From contig JAKMXF010000312.1 of assembly GCA_024704765.1 (NCBI GenBank), forward strand, positions 1 through 64,000: DNA of 64,000 bases, read 5' to 3'. This DNA comes from Oopsacas minuta (taxonomy: Eukaryota; Animalia; Porifera). Numbering within the stretch: position 1 is the first letter of the stretch; every line of letters begins with the position of its first letter. Of this stretch, positions 1 through 12,278 are shown one piece after another. The notes beneath the pieces were generated by a model, which was not told where the DNA came from, did no database searches, and saw only the letters and a program-made list of their open reading frames with translations. Both the position numbers and the translations under genes were made by a program.

Positions 1-3000
1 GAATAGAAATAAAAGGAAAACTGAACTGCCTCCATCAACTACTCAACTTCCTTAAATCCACTCAGCCAGCCATTTCAGTCACTTCTCAGCTACTATCCAC
101 TAAAAATCAATCCTTCAGAACACTCAAATCTACTTCAAAACAGACTTGACTTCCTCCGAGATCGTTCACTGATTAACTAATGCAAGCAAAACTGCCACTG
201 CCTCTGCCTCCATCAAGTACGCTCGTCATTTCAATCATTGACTTCATTTGCTTGTCATTTAGTTACTTGAACTTGTCCTGAATGTGTGTTCTATAATACG
301 CAGAAGATACTGTCGCTCCTTTCCTTATTTTCCTAAAATTCTGAGCCCCCTCAGATTCCCAGAATGAATAGAAATAAAAGGAAAACTGAACTGCCTCCAT
401 CAACTACTCAACTTCCTTAAATCCACTCAGCCAGCCATTTCAGTCACTTCTCAGCTACTATCCACTAAAAATCAATCCTTCAGAACACTCAAATCTACTT
501 CAAAACAGACTTGACTTCCTCCGAGATCGTTCACTGATTAACTAATGCAAGCAAAACTGCCACTGCCTCTGCCTCCATCAAGTACGCTCGTCATTTCAAT
601 CATTGACTTCATTTGCTTGTCATTTAGTTACTTGAACTTGTCCTGAATGTGTGTTCTATAATACGCAGAAGATACTGTCGCTCCTTTCCTTATTTTCCTA
701 AAATTCTGAGCCCCCTCAGATTCCCAGAATGAATAGAAATAAAAGGAAAACTGAACTGCCTCCATCAACTACTCAACTTCCTTAAATCCACTCAGCCAGC
801 CATTTCAGTCACTTCTCAGCTACTATCCACTAAAAATCAATCCTTCAGAACACTCAAATCTACTTCAAAACAGACTTGACTTCCTCCGAGATCGTTCACT
901 GATTAACTAATGCAAGCAAAACTGCCACTGCCTCTGCCTCCATCAAGTACGCTCGTCATTTCAATCATTGACTTCATTTGCTTGTCATTTAGTTACTTGA
1001 ACTTGTCCTGAATGTGTGTTCTATAATACGCAGAAGATACTGTCGCTCCTTTCCTTATTTTCCTAAAATTCTGAGCCCCCTCAGATTCCCAGAATGAATA
1101 GAAATAAAAGGAAAACTGAACTGCCTCCATCAACTACTCAACTTCCTTAAATCCACTCAGCCAGCCATTTCAGTCACTTCTCAGCTACTATCCACTAAAA
1201 ATCAATCCTTCAGAACACTCAAATCTACTTCAAAACAGACTTGACTTCCTCCGAGATCGTTCACTGATTAACTAATGCAAGCAAAACTGCCACTGCCTCT
1301 GCCTCCATCAAGTACGCTCGTCATTTCAATCATTGACTTCATTTGCTTGTCATTTAGTTACTTGAACTTGTCCTGAATGTGTGTTCTATAATACGCAGAA
1401 GATACTGTCGCTCCTTTCCTTATTTTCCTAAAATTCTGAGCCCCCTCAGATTCCCAGAATGAATAGAAATAAAAGGAAAACTGAACTGCCTCCATCAACT
1501 ACTCAACTTCCTTAAATCCACTCAGCCAGCCATTTCAGTCACTTCTCAGCTACTATCCACTAAAAATCAATCCTTCAGAACACTCAAATCTACTTCAAAA
1601 CAGACTTGACTTCCTCCGAGATCGTTCACTGATTAACTAATGCAAGCAAAACTGCCACTGCCTCTGCCTCCATCAAGTACGCTCGTCATTTCAATCATTG
1701 ACTTCATTTGCTTGTCATTTAGTTACTTGAACTTGTCCTGAATGTGTGTTCTATAATACGCAGAAGATACTGTCGCTCCTTTCCTTATTTTCCTAAAATT
1801 CTGAGCCCCCTCAGATTCCCAGAATGAATAGAAATAAAAGGAAAACTGAACTGCCTCCATCAACTACTCAACTTCCTTAAATCCACTCAGCCAGCCATTT
1901 CAGTCACTTCTCAGCTACTATCCACTAAAAATCAATCCTTCAGAACACTCAAATCTACTTCAAAACAGACTTGACTTCCTCCGAGATCGTTCACTGATTA
2001 ACTAATGCAAGCAAAACTGCCACTGCCTCTGCCTCCATCAAGTACGCTCGTCATTTCAATCATTGACTTCATTTGCTTGTCATTTAGTTACTTGAACTTG
2101 TCCTGAATGTGTGTTCTATAATACGCAGAAGATACTGTCGCTCCTTTCCTTATTTTCCTAAAATTCTGAGCCCCCTCAGATTCCCAGAATGAATAGAAAT
2201 AAAAGGAAAACTGAACTGCCTCCATCAACTACTCAACTTCCTTAAATCCACTCAGCCAGCCATTTCAGTCACTTCTCAGCTACTATCCACTAAAAATCAA
2301 TCCTTCAGAACACTCAAATCTACTTCAAAACAGACTTGACTTCCTCCGAGATCGTTCACTGATTAACTAATGCAAGCAAAACTGCCACTGCCTCTGCCTC
2401 CATCAAGTACGCTCGTCATTTCAATCATTGACTTCATTTGCTTGTCATTTAGTTACTTGAACTTGTCCTGAATGTGTGTTCTATAATACGCAGAAGATAC
2501 TGTCGCTCCTTTCCTTATTTTCCTAAAATTCTGAGCCCCCTCAGATTCCCAGAATGAATAGAAATAAAAGGAAAACTGAACTGCCTCCATCAACTACTCA
2601 ACTTCCTTAAATCCACTCAGCCAGCCATTTCAGTCACTTCTCAGCTACTATCCACTAAAAATCAATCCTTCAGAACACTCAAATCTACTTCAAAACAGAC
2701 TTGACTTCCTCCGAGATCGTTCACTGATTAACTAATGCAAGCAAAACTGCCACTGCCTCTGCCTCCATCAAGTACGCTCGTCATTTCAATCATTGACTTC
2801 ATTTGCTTGTCATTTAGTTACTTGAACTTGTCCTGAATGTGTGTTCTATAATACGCAGAAGATACTGTCGCTCCTTTCCTTATTTTCCTAAAATTCTGAG
2901 CCCCCTCAGATTCCCAGAATGAATAGAAATAAAAGGAAAACTGAACTGCCTCCATCAACTACTCAACTTCCTTAAATCCACTCAGCCAGCCATTTCAGTC

Positions 3001-4965
3001 ACTTCTCAGCTACTATCCACTAAAAATCAATCCTTCAGAACACTCAAATCTACTTCAAAACAGACTTGACTTCCTCCGAGATCGTTCACTGATTAACTAA
3101 TGCAAGCAAAACTGCCACTGCCTCTGCCTCCATCAAGTACGCTCGTCATTTCAATCATTGACTTCATTTGCTTGTCATTTAGTTACTTGAACTTGTCCTG
3201 AATGTGTGTTCTATAATACGCAGAAGATACTGTCGCTCCTTTCCTTATTTTCCTAAAATTCTGAGCCCCCTCAGATTCCCAGAATGAATAGAAATAAAAG
3301 GAAAACTGAACTGCCTCCATCAACTACTCAACTTCCTTAAATCCACTCAGCCAGCCATTTCAGTCACTTCTCAGCTACTATCCACTAAAAATCAATCCTT
3401 CAGAACACTCAAATCTACTTCAAAACAGACTTGACTTCCTCCGAGATCGTTCACTGATTAACTAATGCAAGCAAAACTGCCACTGCCTCTGCCTCCATCA
3501 AGTACGCTCGTCATTTCAATCATTGACTTCATTTGCTTGTCATTTAGTTACTTGAACTTGTCCTGAATGTGTGTTCTATAATACGCAGAAGATACTGTCG
3601 CTCCTTTCCTTATTTTCCTAAAATTCTGAGCCCCCTCAGATTCCCAGAATGAATAGAAATAAAAGGAAAACTGAACTGCCTCCATCAACTACTCAACTTC
3701 CTTAAATCCACTCAGCCAGCCATTTCAGTCACTTCTCAGCTACTATCCACTAAAAATCAATCCTTCAGAACACTCAAATCTACTTCAAAACAGACTTGAC
3801 TTCCTCCGAGATCGTTCACTGATTAACTAATGCAAGCAAAACTGCCACTGCCTCTGCCTCCATCAAGTACGCTCGTCATTTCAATCATTGACTTCATTTG
3901 CTTGTCATTTAGTTACTTGAACTTGTCCTGAATGTGTGTTCTATAATACGCAGAAGATACTGTCGCTCCTTTCCTTATTTTCCTAAAATTCTGAGCCCCC
4001 TCAGATTCCCAGAATGAATAGAAATAAAAGGAAAACTGAACTGCCTCCATCAACTACTCAACTTCCTTAAATCCACTCAGCCAGCCATTTCAGTCACTTC
4101 TCAGCTACTATCCACTAAAAATCAATCCTTCAGAACACTCAAATCTACTTCAAAACAGACTTGACTTCCTCCGAGATCGTTCACTGATTAACTAATGCAA
4201 GCAAAACTGCCACTGCCTCTGCCTCCATCAAGTACGCTCGTCATTTCAATCATTGACTTCATTTGCTTGTCATTTAGTTACTTGAACTTGTCCTGAATGT
4301 GTGTTCTATAATACGCAGAAGATACTGTCGCTCCTTTCCTTATTTTCCTAAAATTCTGAGCCCCCTCAGATTCCCAGAATGAATAGAAATAAAAGGAAAA
4401 CTGAACTGCCTCCATCAACTACTCAACTTCCTTAAATCCACTCAGCCAGCCATTTCAGTCACTTCTCAGCTACTATCCACTAAAAATCAATCCTTCAGAA
4501 CACTCAAATCTACTTCAAAACAGACTTGACTTCCTCCGAGATCGTTCACTGATTAACTAATGCAAGCAAAACTGCCACTGCCTCTGCCTCCATCAAGTAC
4601 GCTCGTCATTTCAATCATTGACTTCATTTGCTTGTCATTTAGTTACTTGAACTTGTCCTGAATGTGTGTTCTATAATACGCAGAAGATACTGTCGCTCCT
4701 TTCCTTATTTTCCTAAAATTCTGAGCCCCCTCAGATTCCCAGAATGAATAGAAATAAAAGGAAAACTGAACTGCCTCCATCAACTACTCAACTTCCTTAA
4801 ATCCACTCAGCCAGCCATTTCAGTCACTTCTCAGCTACTATCCACTAAAAATCAATCCTTCAGAACACTCAAATCTACTTCAAAACAGACTTGACTTCCT
4901 CCGAGATCGTTCACTGATTAACTAATGCAAGCAAAACTGCCACTGCCTCTGCCTCCATCAAGTAC
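1..4965. repeat. Tandem satellite array, 365-bp unit, about 13.6 copies (begins at the window edge)
   Basis: The unit start GAATAGAAATAAAAGG recurs at 1, 366, 731, 1096, 1461 ... 4381, 4746 (period 365). I saw no substitutions between copies. There is no long ORF and 365 is not a multiple of 3. Confidence 0.97.
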
Positions 4966-6296
4966 TCAACTTTCTTAAATCCATGCACACAAATGAGATC
5001 AATCAAACAAGCTAATAAAACAAAAACACAAAAATATACAAACAGATATAATCCTAACCCTCCACAATTACTACATCCTAAACAATAATACATAATACTG
5101 ACCAAACAAACTAGAAAAAGAAAAAACTCTACATTCACACACACAATAACAATACCAATCAAAATGAGAATAATCTACACAACCCTAACTATAACCATAA
5201 TACCAACGGGAATAACAAAAACAATAATACACATAAATCAGAATAATATATGAAGTTCGTTATTAGAACATGCCTTTATAAGACATGCTGGTTATATGTA
5301 CTTGCTCTTGTGTATGAATACGCCGGAAATATGAGCACTATGTCAAGTTCTCGACGATGTTCTTATAACCTGCTTTGACTGTACCACTTGTTTAATCTAT
5401 TTGATGAATGTTTCGTAGTATAACTATTTCACCCCCCTATGCCTCATAAGCTCTATAATATTTAAACATATTCGAATATTAATTCTAAGCTCTTAACAAT
5501 TAGAAGATTCAATTTACATACGCTATAATTGTAATTCCAATCACTTCTTAGTATCTCTAATGTTTCTAGGTTCAGTTAGATAGGAATATCTATTTGTAAG
5601 GGCTAAGGTAATTCACGAATTGAGACAATTGCATCAAAAATTTGGGCAGAGGTAGAGAACAAATTGAGAGAATTGTGTCGGAAAATTGAGCAGAGCTGAG
5701 GGAAGATTGGAGAGCAAGACTGTTGCACTGTAAGAGTTTGAGGGAATTGGAGCTTGTAGGAGGAAAGAGAGTGAAGTAGAAGAAATATTTGAGATGAATA
5801 TTATTGCTAGAATTTATACTTATTTCACTAGTTATACAGAGTTTATCATATTTTTATTCTATTATTAGTGTTACTAATTTTGTAATAATTATACAGAAAT
5901 TACGTATTTTACCTTTTCACGATATCTTAGAGTAATCGATTCGAATCTCAACGCATTGCTATCATAATCTTTTTGGGTACAGAGATCGGCTGGAGTGAGA
6001 AGTGAAATCCTGAAATCGCGGCTATCATCTGTATAAGCACCGGGACGCTTTGTGCGTCTCGTCACTAGCTGGTAAATGGTTTGGTTTCGTCTTATCCCAG
6101 TATGATTCACTATAAATTGTTCTTTGGGGGAGAATAATCTACTAAGTTCGTGACGTAATTCACGCTACGTCTTCATTATACAAGGCTTGATTACATGTAT
6201 AGGCGTAATACTTTATCCACTCAGGATTAGGTTTCATTAATTTTATTATTTCACTAGATTTCTGTAATTTGTGAATTTCTTATTATATTCTTAATA

Positions 6297-7099
6297 ATGA
6301 GCTCTATCACTTGTTCAATGTCTCAGCATAAACGAGTTTTGAAAGTGCAACTTGTCGGAAATGTTTCAACTGGAAAATCTTCTTTCTTCAAAAAGGCGCA
6401 GTCCATTTACCCGCCTCATGAACCTTACCCTTGTTTCAATCCTGCCACTGATGTCATATCTCTACCTGATATTCAAATAGGCGCTCAGAAATGGCAGGTC
6501 TCTATTCTATAATTAGTATATGAGTAATGTAAACGTATTATTTATTACGTATTGTATTTTATCCTATTTATATGTGCTAATATTCTTATTATTTACAGGT
6601 TCGGCTCTCAGATACGAATGGTCAAGAGAAATTCTATTCTACTCCTAACTCCTGTCTCAGAGACTCCACGGCTGTGCTCATTTTTTATCGAACGGATAAT
6701 TTACAGACCTTCTCTGACGTCCGCAATTTCTGGCTTGAGAAAATTATTCAAACCAACTCAATGCCTTTTGAACACGGTCCTGTGTTGATCTTGCTTGGCA
6801 ACCAATACCGCGAGATGGTATGCGAGGTTACTCAGACTGAGGTTAAGTCCCTCTGCATGGAGTTCTCTCCAGGAAAAGGTCCCATCCATATAGCCTCCCA
6901 CCGGCTCATTGACACCTCTTCTGGGGAAGGGATACGGGAATCATTGACGGAATGTTTCGACAGAATTAAAGAAGTTCTCTCTCAATCCGTAGAGTTAGGA
7001 AACCCTCTCTCGCTCTCAGGGACAGTAGACTTATCTGTCCAATCCTACGCTCCGGGGGACTTGTATCGGTCTAAAGAGCGGGAATGCTGTAAAAAATAA
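6297..7099 (+). CDS. Divergent Rab/Ras-family small GTPase-like protein (2 exons; intron 6498-6598)
   Basis: P-loop GNVSTGKS. After a phase-0 GT-AG intron comes the G3-like DTNGQE. The G4 position reads GNQYR and the C-terminus is ECCKK (prenylation-like). Confidence 0.8.
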
Positions 7100-7159
7100 G
7101 TTTTCTTTTATTTGCAAGATTAAATATTTTTACGTTTTTATTTCTTTTCCAATTAGCAA

Positions 7160-8188
<1,029 letters not shown>

Positions 8189-8405
8189 CCTCCCGAATTA
8201 TTGAGCTAGTCATGTTACTAGTCTCTCGGATTGTGTATATTTGTGACGTCATTAGTCAATTTATATAACTTTACTTCTCCCATATAAATACATTGGAATG
8301 TTCAAATTAATTAATTAATTAGATTACTGACTGAACCAAGTACAAATATTTACACAAATATTTACGCATTGATTGGGGTAGTTATGAATAAATTAAGGGA
8401 CAGGT

Positions 8406-10883
8406 CTAAGCGTCCAGTGAGGGGTAAGATAGAGGTACAGGGGGTAGCAGGGGGCTAGAGACTCCGCTACAAAATCCTGTGTTAACACATACATCTGCTG
8501 GGTCGACATACTGTCCAACTTTACGAATAATAGTCTTTAGACTGTCCACAACCTCCCAGCACTCATCCTTCTGCATCATATTACATACAGTCTGTACCAT
8601 ATACTCCACGAGGTTAATAGTTAGGTTAGCAGCCTTCATTTGTACAGCTATTACTCCAGCCACTAGTTTGCACAGTACACAGGTGTTGATGGAGTCTTGC
8701 ATTCCATACAATAGAAGATTCTGAGACTCTCGCGGCAGCCAGAGTAGACGGCCAGTAACCTTACTCTTACATTGACCAACAGCTGAGCAAGCTTTTGGGG
8801 GACTACCGTGATGTAATTTGTATTTTTGGAGATGCGTGTGTGCCATTTTCTTAGCAGCAGACTCACACACGGACTTGTAGCCTTTAGGAACCTATAACAC
8901 AATAATAAACGTATATCTTTAAAGCATGACGTCATATTACCTCTTTACATGTGTGCTCCAGCTCTCTACGGTCGTGTCCAGGCAAGTGAGGAAGGTGTGG
9001 CAGATGCAGGTGTTTCTCTTCGTAGTTAGAGGCAACTAAGAACTCACAAGCCATGCACTGGGTCTGATCAGGGGGAGGGGGAGGAGGAGGAGGTTTGTTC
9101 TTGTGTTTGCCTAGAAGGTGTCGATGGCCCGGAGCTGAAGAGAAGGGAGCTAGTGCCTCCCGTCCTATCCAGTAGTAGGCGCTGTGAAAATCAAAGTTAG
9201 ATTTTATTTCTTGAGAAGAGTTAAGACGACAGCAACCGATATAAGAGTGACAGATCTCGTAAGGATGTTTACCCGCTTTAATCAGCTTTGTTATAATTGT
9301 GTCATATTTCTGTCTACAGCTTTTACAATTTATGTTATTGAAGTTAGAGGGTAGGAGGGAACAGCTGTTGTTGAATACTCTATTCTTCTACGGTAGGATA
9401 CATTATATAATTATAATTACTAAATAGAACAGTTCTTACTTACTTTATAGTCTCCACTCTCATTCAGGATTACTGGTGCTAATTGTCCTACCATATAAGT
9501 ACACCAGGAGCAGGTTAATTCCTCCAGATTATTCTCCACCAGTTCCTCAGGTCTAAACACGTCTACTGAGCTTATCAGCTGTCTGGTATCAGCTGTTATC
9601 TTCCACTCACTAGAATTATTGCAGCCTGGCAAAGCATTGCATAGAGAGGTTGTACCAATAAGAGAACCAAACTACAAACAATTAATTCAACAGATTTAGT
9701 CCTGTCCTGTCAGTTACTATTCTTACCTTAGATATCAAGAATGCTCCATAAGTGCTAACAAAAGTATAGCATTGAGAAGATAAACCGCTAGGAAGAGTCT
9801 GACAAGCCTTCTCGATAAGAGATACTATGTTAGAGTCCATATCTGAGTCCTTAAGGATCTCTGTTAGATACCCAAAAGCTGTCTGGCACAGGAAGCATAT
9901 GTTACTGTCTACCTGGCCAGGTTTGTGCTCCAAATTCCTCGCACTCACTGAACTACCTAAAGTATTCAAATTAACATTACATTCCATCTGCTTAGTTATG
10001 TAGTCAATTGTTCTAATACATAGGAATCTCTATAGCTAATTAAATTAAAGTTCAACTTACTACAAACATTAAACAGAGCACACAAAGCCGCAGGCTCAAC
10101 TTTCTGTAGAATTTCCAACAGAACATCGCTATATTTATCTTTCAATTCTTCGCACTGTTTCTGTAGATCCTCATCATCCTTCCCTCCTCCTTCCTGAGGT
10201 AATCCCTCGCAGAGATTATTCATCATATCCTCAAATGAGTCACTGCTCACTGAGTTCATACTGCCCTGAGCTTGGTTAACTATTACTTTACATAAAATGC
10301 AATACTTAGAACCCATGGGCAATCTATTCCCCCTTGACCTGTCGGCACAAGAATCTAGTTTGTTACAAGCTCCACTACGTGCTCCTGCCCCTAGAAGGTA
10401 TGAAAATAGAACCGATGCTCCATCTACACAACTATCCACGTCTTCTCGACACTTGTCATTCCTAGCAGCAAGCTCCGTTAGAGTGGGAGAGGGAAGCCAG
10501 GCCTGTGTATCTCTCCTGAGCTCTATCGCGGCCATCTGACAGAGCGTGCACTCGGAAAGTTTCATTTGATCTCCGGATTGGAATGGAGAGTATGACTGAC
10601 AGAGATTGAGGAGAGGACACAGTTCATACGCTAGAGTACTGGTTATGTCCATGACAGAAGGGAGATATCCTTCCACCAGGAACTTACAGACCAGGGCCAC
10701 ATCCTCCAGATTATCTAAACACATTTCCTGTAGTAATGCTCCGGCTAGCTCCAGGGACGCGTCTGATTGTATGGCGGTCTGTACCTCTGTGACCATCTCC
10801 TCACAGACCGAGCAGAGGGACTCATTGTAATTCCCCCACAGGAGAGGCGCCGTCAGTAACAGAAGAAATATGGAAAGACGCAT
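8406..10883 (-). CDS. Prosaposin-like multi-saposin-B precursor (signal peptide + about 7 SapB domains)
   Basis: Signal peptide MRLSIFLLLLTAPLLWG, then repeated CxxC...C...C modules: LCSVCEEMV, CTLCQMAA, CILCKVIV, CFLCQTAF, CSWCTYMV, CMACEFLV, CVLCKLVA. Confidence 0.87.
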
Positions 10884-11267
10884 GATAGAACGAATCCGAT
10901 TAGTCAGTTATGATTATATACCTGTACCTAGCCTATCCGAAGCCGAACTGTCCAGATGGTGAATCGATAAATCAGAGACAAAGGCTTCAACTGCTAGCTC
11001 CCTTGGGAGATGTTAAAATTTCGCGTTTAATCGCTTTTGTAAACAAACACAACCTAGTAACCATATGATACTCTAGGAATGTGTTACTAATATAGAAGAG
11101 GTTCTAAGATTAGAATAATTATTCAAGAATTCGCTTAGAATTCTCAGGAATATTAGAATCAACAAGTTAGCTATTTCTTGTAATAACTTGAATTGATTCC
11201 ATTTAAGTGATTCTCTTTCATTAGGTAGCTTTTGGCAGTTGTCACGAATACATACTTGTCAAAACAA

Positions 11268-11268
<1 letters not shown>

Positions 11269-11326
<58 letters not shown>
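11269..11326. repeat. (AAC)n microsatellite, intergenic
   Basis: About 19 perfect AAC units read directly. Confidence 0.95.
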
Positions 11327-11327
<1 letters not shown>

Positions 11328-11567
11328 ACTTCAATACATGTTTGTAATTAAATTCAGTTTAATAAATAATATTTTCCCTTAAACAAACCCTTAGAAACAA
11401 AATTACAGAAAGTTTGAATTGAAAATAATACAATACAGGCTCCAGAAGAGAGATATACAATTCTCAAAATTGCTATCTTGATGGGAATAAAATTCAAGTT
11501 GTAGTTCCAGGTTCAGTTCTGATCTCTTCACACTCTGATATATATATTAAATAGTAACACATTGCTT

Positions 11568-12231
11568 TCAACTAGTTGGGGACTCAGCTAGCTCTTTCTT
11601 AGCTAGCTCGATTAGTCCGTCCTCTTCATTCAGTGTTCTTCTAACTATACACATAACAGGTAAGTTGTTACTATTTATAGAAATATGATATTTATAACTT
11701 ACTGGAATTTCTCTTTTCTCTCCTGTTTCCATTCTGTTTGGCTTGTCTGTACTTAACTCCTGTTCTAGGCTTCTTCTTCTCTTTACAGTGCTCCAATACT
11801 GCATTCATAACTCCGCGGGAATATCCTGACCCGTCATCTTCCGGTCCGCTCTCAGATTTAGTCCCGTCCTGATCCGCTCGATCCACAATTTTAACTTGAA
11901 TGTTCTCAGCCTGTAAACCCATAATATAATAGCATGGTAATAGGTAGTGGCTAAAGGAATTCTGAATTTCTAACTTACGATTGGTAGCTTTTTGCCGCGA
12001 GTTTTTTCCCGCCTCTTTTCGAGGGCCATTTTCTCCCTAATTTGTATTATGCGCTCATGATTGGTTTTGTAAGCCAATGAAAAATTGTGTAGAACTCTCA
12101 AGAAATCCAGCAGCTATAATATAATTAGTAAATTCTATTAAAATATAATTTTTACGTTTTACTCACCTTTTGAGAATCTGCGAGATATTTGTCATATCCA
12201 AAGTACAGATACAAATCTCTGTAGCTAGAAA

Positions 12232-12278
<47 letters not shown>

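Noticed and set aside
1-4965. CRISPR array or repeat-encoded protein
   Set aside because: There are no unique spacers, the units are identical 365-mers in a eukaryotic context, the period is not 3n and only short ORFs are present.
4911-5162. 83-aa hydrophobic ORF
   Set aside because: It is the antisense reading of G-poor low-complexity DNA plus the satellite edge, with a non-ATG start.
5607-5779. Charged coiled-coil-like reading (IWAEVENKLRELCRKIE / AELREDWRARLL...) suggesting a frameshifted gene or TGA readthrough
   Set aside because: No start, splice context, recognisable family or SECIS-like structure; the purine-rich composition alone can give this appearance.
5889-6110. 73-aa minus-strand ORF with a plausible donor
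   Set aside because: All nearby phase-0 acceptors lead to immediate stops and no homology was recognised.
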